A program made the translations under genes and the position numbers. From Syntrophales bacterium (GTDB lineage: Bacteria; Desulfobacterota; Syntrophia; Syntrophales; UBA8958), in contig DAOTJR010000012.1 of assembly GCA_035448805.1 (NCBI GenBank), positions 1,906 to 65,905 of the forward strand: a stretch of 64,000 bases of DNA. Reading direction: 5' to 3'. A model generated the notes under the pieces. That model was not told where the DNA came from. It saw nothing but the letters and a program-made list of their open reading frames with translations, and did not search any database. This document shows, piece after piece, positions 46,647 through 55,877 of this stretch (the first letter of the stretch is position 1; the number at the start of each line of letters is the position of its first letter).

Positions 46647-48158
46647 ATGACCACCCCGATCCAACAAAAGATTCGCGACAAGAAGCGCACCCCGTCGCAG
46701 ATCCTCGATATGGTCAAATCGGGGGACTGGATTCAGCCCGGTTCCGTCGGCGGTGACGCGACGGTATGCATGAAAGAGCTGGCCCGGCGTCTCGGACCCC
46801 ATTTGAAAGACATAGAAATCTGGAACTATGCCATGTTTTTCCCCCACCCCGAATTTCAGCAGGTGGACCCGAAACAGGAGTACCATGTCTTTCATGAATA
46901 TTTCTTTTTCCCCTGGCATCGCAAGGCCAGAGACGTCAACAATGTGACGAGCTGGGCCCAGTGGGGCTGGGCGATGGGCGTCTGGAACACCCATTACCGC
47001 TTCGTCCACGCCGTCCGGGAGAAGCGGGGCCTGGACTGGTGGTGGAACGCGGCCACTGCCTTCGACGAACACGGTTTTGTGAACTTTTCCTACGGGACCA
47101 ACAACGCCTTCATCTATTCCCAGTGTGCGAAAAGATGCGTCATGGAGGTTCGCTCCGACTATCCCTGGGCGGAAGGCGGGCGGCTGAATACCTTTCATAT
47201 CGACGACATCGACTACTGGGTAGAGGTCGATGTGGAAAAATACCGGTGGCCCCAGATCAATGAAAGGAGCATGCGGGCCAACCCGGAGGAACAGGCCATC
47301 GCCGACAACATCATGACGATCATGAGGGATCGGGATGTCATCCAGCTCGGCATCGGCTCCCTGCCTTCGGCCTGCGTCGGGGCGATGGCGAATGCCGGGT
47401 TCAGGGATTTGGGCATCCATACGGAGATGCTCAACGCCGGCCTCATCAAACTCATCGAATCCGGTCAGGTGACCAATCGCTACAAGTCCCTGACGGCCGA
47501 CCGGGGCAAGAGCGTCTATACCTTTGCCTTTCCCGTGGATGCGGCCTGGTACTACAATACGATCCACCGGAACCCCAACATGGCCGTGTACGACATCAAT
47601 TATACCAACAATGTGCATAACCTGACCCGTCTGGACAACATGCTCGCCATCGACAATTGCATTGCCGTCGATCTCCTCGGGCAGCAGTGTTCCGGATTTT
47701 ATCAAAAAAGGCCGATTTCGAGTACCGGGGGATATTTCAATTTCATCGTCTTCTGCGGCCAGAGTAAAGGCGGGCGGGGTGTCGCCGCCATGACCTCCCG
47801 AAGCAAGCACGGCACCTCCCGCATCGTACCTTTCCTCCCCGAAGGCTCGGCGGTGGATGTGCCGGCGCAGTTCAGTCAATATATCTGCACCGAATACGGT
47901 ATCGTGAATCTCCGCGGCCTCAATGGCTATGAACGGGCGGCGGCTCTCATCTCCATCGCCCATCCCGACGATCGGGAGTGGCTCGAACGGGAGGCACGGA
48001 AACACGGCCTCCTGGCGCCGAGTTTTCCCGTTTCCATGCTGCCAAGGGAGGGCGGGGCCAGGCGTTATCCCGCCTACAATGACCGCCGCCAATACAAGCT
48101 GCCCTATCACGGCGAGATTTGGGGATATGACTGGGACCCCTATCAATCCGCGAAGTAA
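46647..48158 (+). CDS. Acetyl-CoA hydrolase/transferase family CoA-transferase (second stand-alone paralog)
   Basis: DVIQLGIGSLP, DLGIHTEM (Glu kept), ISSTGG, ICTEYGIVN, ISIAHPDDR. Confidence 0.9.
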   Translation: MTTPIQQKIRDKKRTPSQILDMVKSGDWIQPGSVGGDATVCMKELARRLGPHLKDIEIWNYAMFFPHPEFQQVDPKQEYHVFHEYFFFPWHRKARDVNNVTSWAQWGWAMGVWNTHYRFVHAVREKRGLDWWWNAATAFDEHGFVNFSYGTNNAFIYSQCAKRCVMEVRSDYPWAEGGRLNTFHIDDIDYWVEVDVEKYRWPQINERSMRANPEEQAIADNIMTIMRDRDVIQLGIGSLPSACVGAMANAGFRDLGIHTEMLNAGLIKLIESGQVTNRYKSLTADRGKSVYTFAFPVDAAWYYNTIHRNPNMAVYDINYTNNVHNLTRLDNMLAIDNCIAVDLLGQQCSGFYQKRPISSTGGYFNFIVFCGQSKGGRGVAAMTSRSKHGTSRIVPFLPEGSAVDVPAQFSQYICTEYGIVNLRGLNGYERAAALISIAHPDDREWLEREARKHGLLAPSFPVSMLPREGGARRYPAYNDRRQYKLPYHGEIWGYDWDPYQSAK

Positions 48159-48234
48159 AAGGAAGCGTTTCCCCTGGGGCCGGTGGCATGCCGGGCTTTC
48201 CGTAATCTGTAGAATGAGGAGAAATAGATAAAAA

Positions 48235-48405
48235 ATGTCAAAAAAACGCCGGGAAGCAAGAAAGCAGAAGCTGCAAGTAGATAAAATTGTAGATGATATG
48301 GCCAGAAGACGCACCTTCAACCGGGGCAATCTGATGTTGCTTATTTCTATAATCTGGTTGATCGGCCTATTTTTGATTGTCGCCAAGTACGGGAAATTAT
48401 TCTAG
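48235..48405 (+). CDS. Small single-pass membrane protein, 56 aa, not in ORF track
   Basis: MSKKRREARKQKLQVDKIVDDMARRRTFNRGNLMLLISIIWLIGLFLIVAKYGKLF; GAGGAG upstream; one clean TM helix. Confidence 0.65.
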   Translation: MSKKRREARKQKLQVDKIVDDMARRRTFNRGNLMLLISIIWLIGLFLIVAKYGKLF

Positions 48406-48415
48406 CTTTTTTTGC

Positions 48416-48444
48416 TTGACAATATCGATTATATTCTGTTAATA
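48416..48444 (+). promoter_or_regulatory. Putative sigma70 promoter for the acetate-channel gene
   Basis: TTGACA-N17-TTAATA in an AT-rich intergenic region. Confidence 0.5.
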
Positions 48445-48685
48445 AACATTCGGATTTTTTTCACGGCGCCTGGCCGATCCCAAGTGTTCCTTTATGCGAA
48501 GAGCGGTTAAAAAGGACTCTTCCGCAAATTCATAGTTTATAAACAACCAAAATTTTTTTAGAACCAATCATTAAATAAATGAGGAAAGGGGGGATGAAAA
48601 ACAAAGAAGTGCCAAAGGCGACATCGCCCAGACGTTTTTTGACATTTCAGACAAATTCTTAAAAACAAAAAAGGAGGATTGATTT

Positions 48686-49408
48686 ATGGCGCATGAACAC
48701 AGCTTTGCAACCCCGGGTCCCGCAGGACTGGGAGCCCTCGCCGTTGCGTGCTTCGGTTTCGGGGCGGTATATATGGGTAAGGTTGACTTATCCGGTTTTC
48801 CCCTGCTGGCCGCCTGGCTTGTCGGCGGTTGTCTTGTCCAGTACACCACGGCGGTGATCGAGTTGAAAGACCACAACATCACCGGTGGTAACGTTTTCCT
48901 CTTCTTCTCGGCATTCTTCATGCTTGCAGCGGCAATCAGTGTTTTCGCCAAGTGGTATTCCATCAGTTTCATCTTTGTTCCCAAGGCCGCCAAAGAGGCC
49001 ATGGACGCGGCTGTGGCCGCCGCCGGGGTGGCGGACGTCAAGATGCTCACCCCGGAGCAGCTGGCTGCCGCCAAGGCGGGGATCGGTAAGGCCGTCGGCG
49101 GCATGGTGAGCAAGATGGTCTATATCGAAGGCTGGATGTGGATGGCCGGGGCCGGCTTCCTGACCGCCGTGACCCCTGCTTATGCCAAGAGCGGTCTGTT
49201 CCTTCTCGTCGTCGTCATCGATGTCGTCCTCTGGATGATCGTCGGCATGGATACGGGCTGGTTCGGCGATCCCAAGACCTGGAAGCCGGTCATCGGCTAC
49301 CTCCTGGTCTTCTCCGGCTGGTACGGCGTTTACATGGCGGGTGCCGTCGTCTGCAATACGATCTACGGCAAGAAGGTCTTCTGGACCCCGCCGCCGCTCG
49401 TCAAATAA
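48686..49408 (+). CDS. GPR1/FUN34/YaaH (SatP/AceTr) family acetate/carboxylate channel
   Basis: ATPGPAGLGAL (variant of the A[N/T]PAPLGL signature), six hydrophobic segments, AGGAGG RBS. Confidence 0.88.
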   Translation: MAHEHSFATPGPAGLGALAVACFGFGAVYMGKVDLSGFPLLAAWLVGGCLVQYTTAVIELKDHNITGGNVFLFFSAFFMLAAAISVFAKWYSISFIFVPKAAKEAMDAAVAAAGVADVKMLTPEQLAAAKAGIGKAVGGMVSKMVYIEGWMWMAGAGFLTAVTPAYAKSGLFLLVVVIDVVLWMIVGMDTGWFGDPKTWKPVIGYLLVFSGWYGVYMAGAVVCNTIYGKKVFWTPPPLVK

Positions 49409-49431
49409 TTGTTCGATAAAATCAGTTCACC

Positions 49432-49465
49432 AAAGGGCAGGTTCGCAAGAACCTGCCCTTTTTTT
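49432..49465 (+). terminator. Intrinsic terminator
   Basis: AAAGGGCAGGTTC-GCAA-GAACCTGCCCTTT followed by a T run. Confidence 0.9.
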
Positions 49466-49658
49466 AAATAAACATTGACTTGGGCGGTCTTCTCAGGCAT
49501 GTCAAACGGCGATCCGGCGCCGAAGCGGCAGCTACGGAGACCCCACATGACGATCTCCGTTTTCGAGCAGGATGAAAAAACGTCAATACACCAAGAAGAT
49601 GGGGTTGCCTTTCCCGGGGAAAGGTTTCCCTGCGCAAGGTTGTCGAGGTCGAAACAAG

Positions 49659-51023
49659 GTGAAAAGCATCGCCAGATTGAATGTTCTTTTGCTCGGTGTC
49701 CTGATTTTCCTCTTTCCCGGCGGCCGGGTTGGGGCCGTCGAATACGGTTGGGAGGATTTGTGCCGCATCGCCCTGGAGAGATCGGAGCGGATCAGGATCG
49801 CCGAGGAGAATGTGGCCCTGGCCCGGGCCGGCAAGGACAAGAAACGGGCCGCCCTGATTCCCAAACTCTCCGCATACGGATCATACACCGATTATACGGA
49901 AAATAAATACTCCCCCGGCACCGTTGTCCCCAATACGGCGATTGTCCTGCCCGGCTCGCTTGTCCAACCCAACAACGCGGCTACCTGGGGCGTACGCCTG
50001 GACCATGTCCTGACCCTCAACGGGAGGGAAGCGGTCGATTTTTCCATCGCCAAAGACAACATTCTCCGGCAGGAGCAGGAGGCAAATGCCCAGAAAGAGG
50101 AATATCTCATGACCGTATCGACGGCTTATTATGAGACACTGCGGGCGCAAAAGGTCTTGGAGATCGCCGAGGCCACGGTGGAAAGGTTGACCGCCTACCG
50201 TCGGGCGGCGGAAAAAAGACTTAAAATCGGAGAGGTTACAAAAACCGTACTCCTGCGGGCCGATGGCGAGTTGTCCGGGGCCCTTTCCGACCGGATCAAG
50301 GCGCAAAACAGCCTGGATCTTTCCCGGGCGGTCCTGGCCAGGATCGTCGGGATTGCGGAGGATTTTCGTCTTAAGGAAAAATTTCCGGCCGATGCCCCGC
50401 TGCCGCCTTTAGAAAATTTTGTTGCCGTCGGCCTGGCCCGCCGGGCGGAAATGAAAAGTGTCGAGATAGAAAAACAGATGGCCAAGGACCAGATACGGGT
50501 TGCCAAAGGCGGCTACTGGCCCACATTGTCCATAGCCGGGGTCTATGGCCGGATGGACCAGGACCCCATCGCCGGCAGCACCAATAGAGAAAGTGTCTAT
50601 GGACAGGCGGCGCTGAACTATCCTTTTTTCGAAGGGGGATTGCGGCAGGCGGAGGTTCGGGAGGCGATCATCCGGGACCGGCAGACGGAGTTGAAGCTTG
50701 CCGATCTTAAAAAGACCATCCGCATCGAGGTGGAAACCACCTATGTGGAACTGAAAAATCAGCAGGGCATCATCAAAGCTCTGCAGGACCAGTTGCTCTT
50801 CGCCCGGGAAAATTACCAGGCCGTAACCCGGCAGTTCGAGATGGGGCTGGCCAACAGCATCGATGTCATGGACGCCAACACCCTTCTGGTAGCGACGGAA
50901 CGGCAACTGGCAAACGCCGTTTATTCCCATCAGGTGTTTCAACTACGCATGAAGCGGGTTACCGGGGTGCTGCTGGAAGAGATCACCGCCGGTGCGGTGT
51001 CGGAAAAGACGCCCCGACCCTGA
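49659..51023 (+). CDS. TolC-family outer membrane efflux protein
   Basis: Signal peptide after GTG 49659; OEP repeats, RLKIGEVTKT, GGYWPTLS, QFEMGLANSIDVMDA. Confidence 0.9.
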   Translation: MKSIARLNVLLLGVLIFLFPGGRVGAVEYGWEDLCRIALERSERIRIAEENVALARAGKDKKRAALIPKLSAYGSYTDYTENKYSPGTVVPNTAIVLPGSLVQPNNAATWGVRLDHVLTLNGREAVDFSIAKDNILRQEQEANAQKEEYLMTVSTAYYETLRAQKVLEIAEATVERLTAYRRAAEKRLKIGEVTKTVLLRADGELSGALSDRIKAQNSLDLSRAVLARIVGIAEDFRLKEKFPADAPLPPLENFVAVGLARRAEMKSVEIEKQMAKDQIRVAKGGYWPTLSIAGVYGRMDQDPIAGSTNRESVYGQAALNYPFFEGGLRQAEVREAIIRDRQTELKLADLKKTIRIEVETTYVELKNQQGIIKALQDQLLFARENYQAVTRQFEMGLANSIDVMDANTLLVATERQLANAVYSHQVFQLRMKRVTGVLLEEITAGAVSEKTPRP

Positions 51024-51254
51024 AAAATCCGGTATTACGGTCCGTTATGATGTGAATCTTCATGACGGTATCCATCATGAAGCATGATGAAAATGGTCAA
51101 TATTTACAAGAAGATAAAATTGCATCTATGAGTGAAATGTCGGCAAGTGGTCGATCATTTTCATCTATCGTTGTCGCCGCCTGTGGTCATGGCGGTCAGG
51201 TCGCAGGCGCCGGCGGGGATTCGACGGCGGCGCTTGCCAAGCAAGGAGATCTCG

Positions 51255-52346
51255 ATGATAGGACATTACCGACGGCGATGCCGCCCGATACTTGTTGCCG
51301 CACTGCTGTTTTTGTTCCTGCCCCTGCTCGGTTGCGGAAGTCAGCAGGATAAAAACGTGAAGGAAAGGGTTTTCAATGTCCGGGCCGCTACCGTCCAGAA
51401 ACAGGCTTTACGGCCCTTTGTGGAAGCCGTCGGCACCCTGAAGGCCAATGAAGAAGTGATCGTCAGTTCGGAGATCGACGGTATCATCAGACGCATCACC
51501 GTTGCGGAAGGTTCCCGGGTGGGGAGGGGAACGCTGATCGCCGAAATTAATGATACGGATTACCGTCTGGAGGTCAAACGGGCGGAAGCGGCCCTCCGCC
51601 AGGCCCAGGCCTCTCTGGCCAATGCCAGGCTGGAATTCGAGAGGAAAGAGGCCCTCTACAGAGAACAGCTTGTAACCCGTCAGCAGTTCGATGACATAAC
51701 CGCCCGGCTGGCGGTGGCGGAAGGCGACGTGGAACGGGCTCAGGCGGCTCTCGCCCTGGCGAAGGAGAAGCTTGCCAAGACAAAGATCCTTGCCCCCCTG
51801 GGGGGATCCATAAAGGAGAAGCGCATCACGGCGGGAGATTATGTCCGAAACGGGATGCCCTTGTTTTACCTGATTCAGACTGACCCTTTGAAGCTCAGTT
51901 TCTCCATCATTGAGCGGGAGGTGGCCCGGGTCCAAGCGGGACAGGATGTCCGGTTTACCGTTGATTCCTTTCCGGGCCGGGAGTTCCATGGGGTGCTGAA
52001 GACCGTATATCCCCATCTGGAGGAAAAGACAAGGACCATGCAGGCGGAAGCGGTTGTCGCCAATGACCGGCAGCTTCTCAAGCCGGGCCTTTACGCCCGG
52101 GTCGTCCTTTACACCGGCGCCGCCCGGGAGGTGGTCACCGTTCCCGTCAATTCTATTTTGTATGAAGGCACCAACGTCAAGGCCTTCATCGTGGAGAATG
52201 GGACGGCGGTTGAGAAGCCTTTGAAAATAGGGCAGAAATACGGAGAAGTCATGGAGGTTCTCGAGGGATTGCACGGGGGAGAGGAACTGGTCGTTGTGGG
52301 ACAGAACAACCTGTCTCCCGGGGTGAAGGTCAATGTGGCTCGCTGA
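51255..52346 (+). CDS. RND efflux periplasmic adaptor (MFP), probable lipoprotein
   Basis: LLGC lipobox, VEAVGTL, SSEIDGII, ILAPLGG, LKPGLYAR, VVVGQ. Confidence 0.92.
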   Translation: MIGHYRRRCRPILVAALLFLFLPLLGCGSQQDKNVKERVFNVRAATVQKQALRPFVEAVGTLKANEEVIVSSEIDGIIRRITVAEGSRVGRGTLIAEINDTDYRLEVKRAEAALRQAQASLANARLEFERKEALYREQLVTRQQFDDITARLAVAEGDVERAQAALALAKEKLAKTKILAPLGGSIKEKRITAGDYVRNGMPLFYLIQTDPLKLSFSIIEREVARVQAGQDVRFTVDSFPGREFHGVLKTVYPHLEEKTRTMQAEAVVANDRQLLKPGLYARVVLYTGAAREVVTVPVNSILYEGTNVKAFIVENGTAVEKPLKIGQKYGEVMEVLEGLHGGEELVVVGQNNLSPGVKVNVAR

Positions 52347-55300
52347 CACCTCGATCAAAAGGCCGGTATTTGCCACCATGTTTATCCTGGCCCTGGTAAT
52401 CCTGGGGCTGGTGAGCTATCCGGAGATCGGCGTCGATCTCTTTCCGAAGATAGAATTCCCCATCGTCAATATCACTACCCGTCTCAATGGGGCCTCTCCG
52501 GAGATCATGGATATCGACGTGACCGACAAGATCGAAGAGTCCGTCAATACCATCAACGGCGTCAAGACCATCACCTCCACCAGCGCCGAGGGCGTCTCCA
52601 CGATCAGCATAGAATTCGTCCTGGAACGTGATATCGACATGGCCGTCCAGGATGTCCGGGAGAAGGTGTCGCTGATCCGCTCCAAACTGCCCACCGACAT
52701 CTTGGAGCCTATCATTCAGAAGGTCGACCCCGATGCGAACCCCGTGTACTACATCGCTTTGACGGGGCGGAAAACGATCCGGGATCTCTCCACCTATGCC
52801 GACGAGGTCTTGAAGGATCAACTCCAGCGCATCAACGGGGTGGGAGCCCTGCGCTTCATCGGTCTCCGGTTGCGCCAGGTCCGCATCTGGCTGGATGCAG
52901 ATAAACTCCGGGCCTTTCAGGTGACGCCCAATGATGTCATGACCGCCCTGTCCCGGGAGAACGTCGAGATTCCCGGCGGCCGCATCGAAGCGGCGACCAA
53001 GGAATATACCGTCAAGGTAAAGGGTGAGTTCCCGTCCGTTCAGGAATTCAATGACCTGATCGTTTCCTGGTACCGGGGGGTGCCGGTAAGGATAAGAGAT
53101 GTCGGCCGGGCCGAAGACGGCATGGAGGAGCAACGTTCCATAGTCCGCTTCAACGGCCTCCCCGCCGTCGCTGTGGGTATCCAGAAGCAGTCCGGCACCA
53201 ATACCGTCGAGGTCATCGACCGCGTCAAGACCGAAATAGAAAAGATCCGCAAGACGCTGCCGCCGGGTATGGTCATCCATGCCGCCTTCGATCAGTCCAC
53301 CTTCATCAACCGTTCCATCAGGGAGGTTCAGAACCACCTCATCATCGGCGGCATCCTGGCCGTCATCGCCGTCTTTCTCTTTCTCCGGAACGTGCGCACC
53401 ACCCTGATCAGCGCCGTGGCGCTGCCCATCTCCGTGATCGCCACCTTCACACTCATCAGGGCCTTCGATTTCACCTTCAACAATATGACCATGCTGGCCC
53501 TGTCCCTCTCCGTGGGGATCCTCATCGACGACGCCATCATCGTCATCGAAAACATCCACCGCAATATCGAAATAGGTATGGATCCCCGGGAGGCGGCGAG
53601 TTTCGCCACCTCCGAGATCGGTCTGGCCGTTATGGCCACAACCCTCGCCATTGTGGCCATCTTTTTACCGGTGGCCTTCATGAAGGGGATCATCGGCAGA
53701 TTCTTCATGTCCTTCGCCCTGACCGTGGTCTTTGCCGTCATGGTTTCGCTGCTGGTGTCGTTTACCTTGACGCCGATGCTGGCGGCGTATTTTCTCCGGC
53801 GCCGTCAGCATGGTAATGATGAGGAGGCGCAGAAGTCAGGGCAGGGACGGATCCGCATGAAGATCCGTCGGGCCGGGGATTTTCTGGAAGCATATTACCG
53901 AAAGACCGAAACCTGGTACCGGAAACTGCTGGTTCTGGGTTTGCGCTACCGGTTGAGTGTCCTTACCGGTGCCCTGATCATCTTCGTGCTCAGTATGTAT
54001 ATGACGAAGTTTATGGGTAAGGAGTTCGTCCCGCCGGAGGATCAGAGTAACTTCATAATCAGACTGGAGGCACCGATAGATTATTCCGTGGCCGAGTCGG
54101 ACCGGCTTTTCCAGCAGGCCGAGGAGATAGTTCGCAACACCCCGGAGGTTGTCCGGGTCATGTACGCCCAGGGTCTCGGGACCGCCGGCACCGGTCAGGT
54201 TAACAAGGGGAGAATGACGGTGGGACTGAAGAAAAAGTCGGAGCGAAAGCGCTCTCAGGAGGAGATCAAGGCGGAATTACGGCGGCGGATAAATCAGATA
54301 CCCGGCCTCAAGGGGACGGCGGAGGACATCTCCCTGATCGGGGGAGGGGTTAGAAACGTCCCCATCCAGTATGTAGTCCGGGGGACGGATTTGAGTTATC
54401 TTACGGATTACATGAAACAGATCGTCGCCCGGTTTGCGAAACTGCCCGGAGTAGTCGATGTGGATACGTCTTTGGAAGCGGGGAAACCGGAGCTGCGGGT
54501 GACCATCGACCGGGACAAGGCGGCGGACCTCGGGGTAAGCGTGGCCGACATCGCCGCGGCCATAAATGTCTTGATCAGCGGCGAGGTGGATGTCACCAAG
54601 TTCAAGGATGAGGCGAAGGGACGCCGCTACGATGTCCGGGTACGGCTGAATCCCCAGGATCGGATGAATCCGGGGGACATCGGGAAGATATATATACGGG
54701 CCCGGGACGGCCGCCTCGTCGAACTGGCCAATGTAGTCCAAATCCGGGAAGGAGGGGCGCCGAGCACCATCTATCGTGTGGACCGTCAGCGGGCGATGAT
54801 CATGTACGCCAGCCTGGAAAAGAAACCTCTGGGCCAGGCCATGGACGAGCTCAACGCCATCGCCGCCGGGATCCTGCCTTTGGATTATTCGGCAAAATAC
54901 AAAGGTGCTGCCGATACTATGAAGGAATCATTCGGGTTTCTCATTTTTGCCCTCTTGCTGGGAGTCCTCATGGCCTACATGGTCCTGGCAGCCCAGTTCG
55001 AAAGCTTCCTCCAGCCGGTTATCGTCTTGCTCTCCATGCCGCTGTCCTTTATCGGGGCCTTCGGGGCCCTGGTCCTGACGGGGAAGACCATCAGCATCTT
55101 CAGTATGATCGGCTTGATCCTCCTGATGGGTCTGGTAAAGAAGAATGCGATCCTCCTGGTGGATTACACCAACACCCTCCGGGAGCGGGGGATGAGTCGC
55201 CGGGAGGCGATTCTGGAGGCCGGGCCGGTGCGCTTGCGACCCATTCTCATGACGACTTTTGCCATGATTTTTGGTATGCTGCCCGTGGCGGCGGGATTGG

Positions 55301-55455
55301 GAGACGGGGCGGAGACCCGGTCTCCCATGGGGGTCGCGGTGATCGGCGGCCTCATCACCTCCCTTTTCCTGACGCTGGTAGTTGTGCCGGCGGCCTACGA
55401 TCTCTTCGATGAGTGGCAGGAAAAGATCAAATCCCGGCGGAGGAAAAAGCCATGA
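52333..55455 (+). CDS. RND efflux permease (AcrB/MdtB-like)
   Basis: SIKRPVFA, GILIDDAIIVIEN, GLVKKNAILLVD, RLRPILMTT proton-relay residues. Confidence 0.96.
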   Translation: MWLADTSIKRPVFATMFILALVILGLVSYPEIGVDLFPKIEFPIVNITTRLNGASPEIMDIDVTDKIEESVNTINGVKTITSTSAEGVSTISIEFVLERDIDMAVQDVREKVSLIRSKLPTDILEPIIQKVDPDANPVYYIALTGRKTIRDLSTYADEVLKDQLQRINGVGALRFIGLRLRQVRIWLDADKLRAFQVTPNDVMTALSRENVEIPGGRIEAATKEYTVKVKGEFPSVQEFNDLIVSWYRGVPVRIRDVGRAEDGMEEQRSIVRFNGLPAVAVGIQKQSGTNTVEVIDRVKTEIEKIRKTLPPGMVIHAAFDQSTFINRSIREVQNHLIIGGILAVIAVFLFLRNVRTTLISAVALPISVIATFTLIRAFDFTFNNMTMLALSLSVGILIDDAIIVIENIHRNIEIGMDPREAASFATSEIGLAVMATTLAIVAIFLPVAFMKGIIGRFFMSFALTVVFAVMVSLLVSFTLTPMLAAYFLRRRQHGNDEEAQKSGQGRIRMKIRRAGDFLEAYYRKTETWYRKLLVLGLRYRLSVLTGALIIFVLSMYMTKFMGKEFVPPEDQSNFIIRLEAPIDYSVAESDRLFQQAEEIVRNTPEVVRVMYAQGLGTAGTGQVNKGRMTVGLKKKSERKRSQEEIKAELRRRINQIPGLKGTAEDISLIGGGVRNVPIQYVVRGTDLSYLTDYMKQIVARFAKLPGVVDVDTSLEAGKPELRVTIDRDKAADLGVSVADIAAAINVLISGEVDVTKFKDEAKGRRYDVRVRLNPQDRMNPGDIGKIYIRARDGRLVELANVVQIREGGAPSTIYRVDRQRAMIMYASLEKKPLGQAMDELNAIAAGILPLDYSAKYKGAADTMKESFGFLIFALLLGVLMAYMVLAAQFESFLQPVIVLLSMPLSFIGAFGALVLTGKTISIFSMIGLILLMGLVKKNAILLVDYTNTLRERGMSRREAILEAGPVRLRPILMTTFAMIFGMLPVAAGLGDGAETRSPMGVAVIGGLITSLFLTLVVVPAAYDLFDEWQEKIKSRRRKKP

Positions 55456-55742
55456 AGATGTTTTTCATCGTCTATTCCCGGGCGGCGGATTACGATGTAG
55501 TGGCGAAGCTGAAGAGCGCCGGGATCAAAGGTTACACGAAGATGAAGGACGTAAGCGGCGAGGGGACGGAGACGGAACCGAAGTTGGGCACGCACTGCTG
55601 GCCGGGAGAGAACAACGTTTTGTATATCGCCGTCACAGAGGAAGAGGTGCCCCGGGTCTGTGAGGTGGTGCGGGAGTTGAAGCGTAAACACCCCCGGGCG
55701 GGGGTGAAGGGGTTTATTCTGCCGATGGTGGAGATTATTTAG
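55452..55742 (+). CDS. PII-like protein (PG0541-type transporter-associated family)
   Basis: GIKGYT...V.GEG...EPKLGTHCWP; ATGA overlap with the RND permease. Confidence 0.8.
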   Translation: MKMFFIVYSRAADYDVVAKLKSAGIKGYTKMKDVSGEGTETEPKLGTHCWPGENNVLYIAVTEEEVPRVCEVVRELKRKHPRAGVKGFILPMVEII

Positions 55743-55763
55743 TCCGGCCCGGCGGGGAAGGAA

Positions 55764-55877
55764 ATGGAGATGGCCAAACAGGTGGTGACCAGGCGTCAAA
55801 AGGATATTTCCCGGCTGCTTCGCGAAAAGGGGAAGAATCAGAAGGAATCGGTAAAGATTAGGAAAAAAAAGAAATGA
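55764..55877 (+). CDS. Small basic protein, 37 aa, not in ORF track
   Basis: MEMAKQVVTRRQKDISRLLREKGKNQKESVKIRKKKK; GGGGAAGGA RBS; its TGA overlaps the ATG of DUF4301 (ATGA). Confidence 0.5.
   Translation: MEMAKQVVTRRQKDISRLLREKGKNQKESVKIRKKKK

Noticed and set aside
51062-51352. 96-aa ORF between tolC and the MFP gene
   Set aside because: Overlaps the MFP start in another frame, lacks an RBS and has no recognisable content
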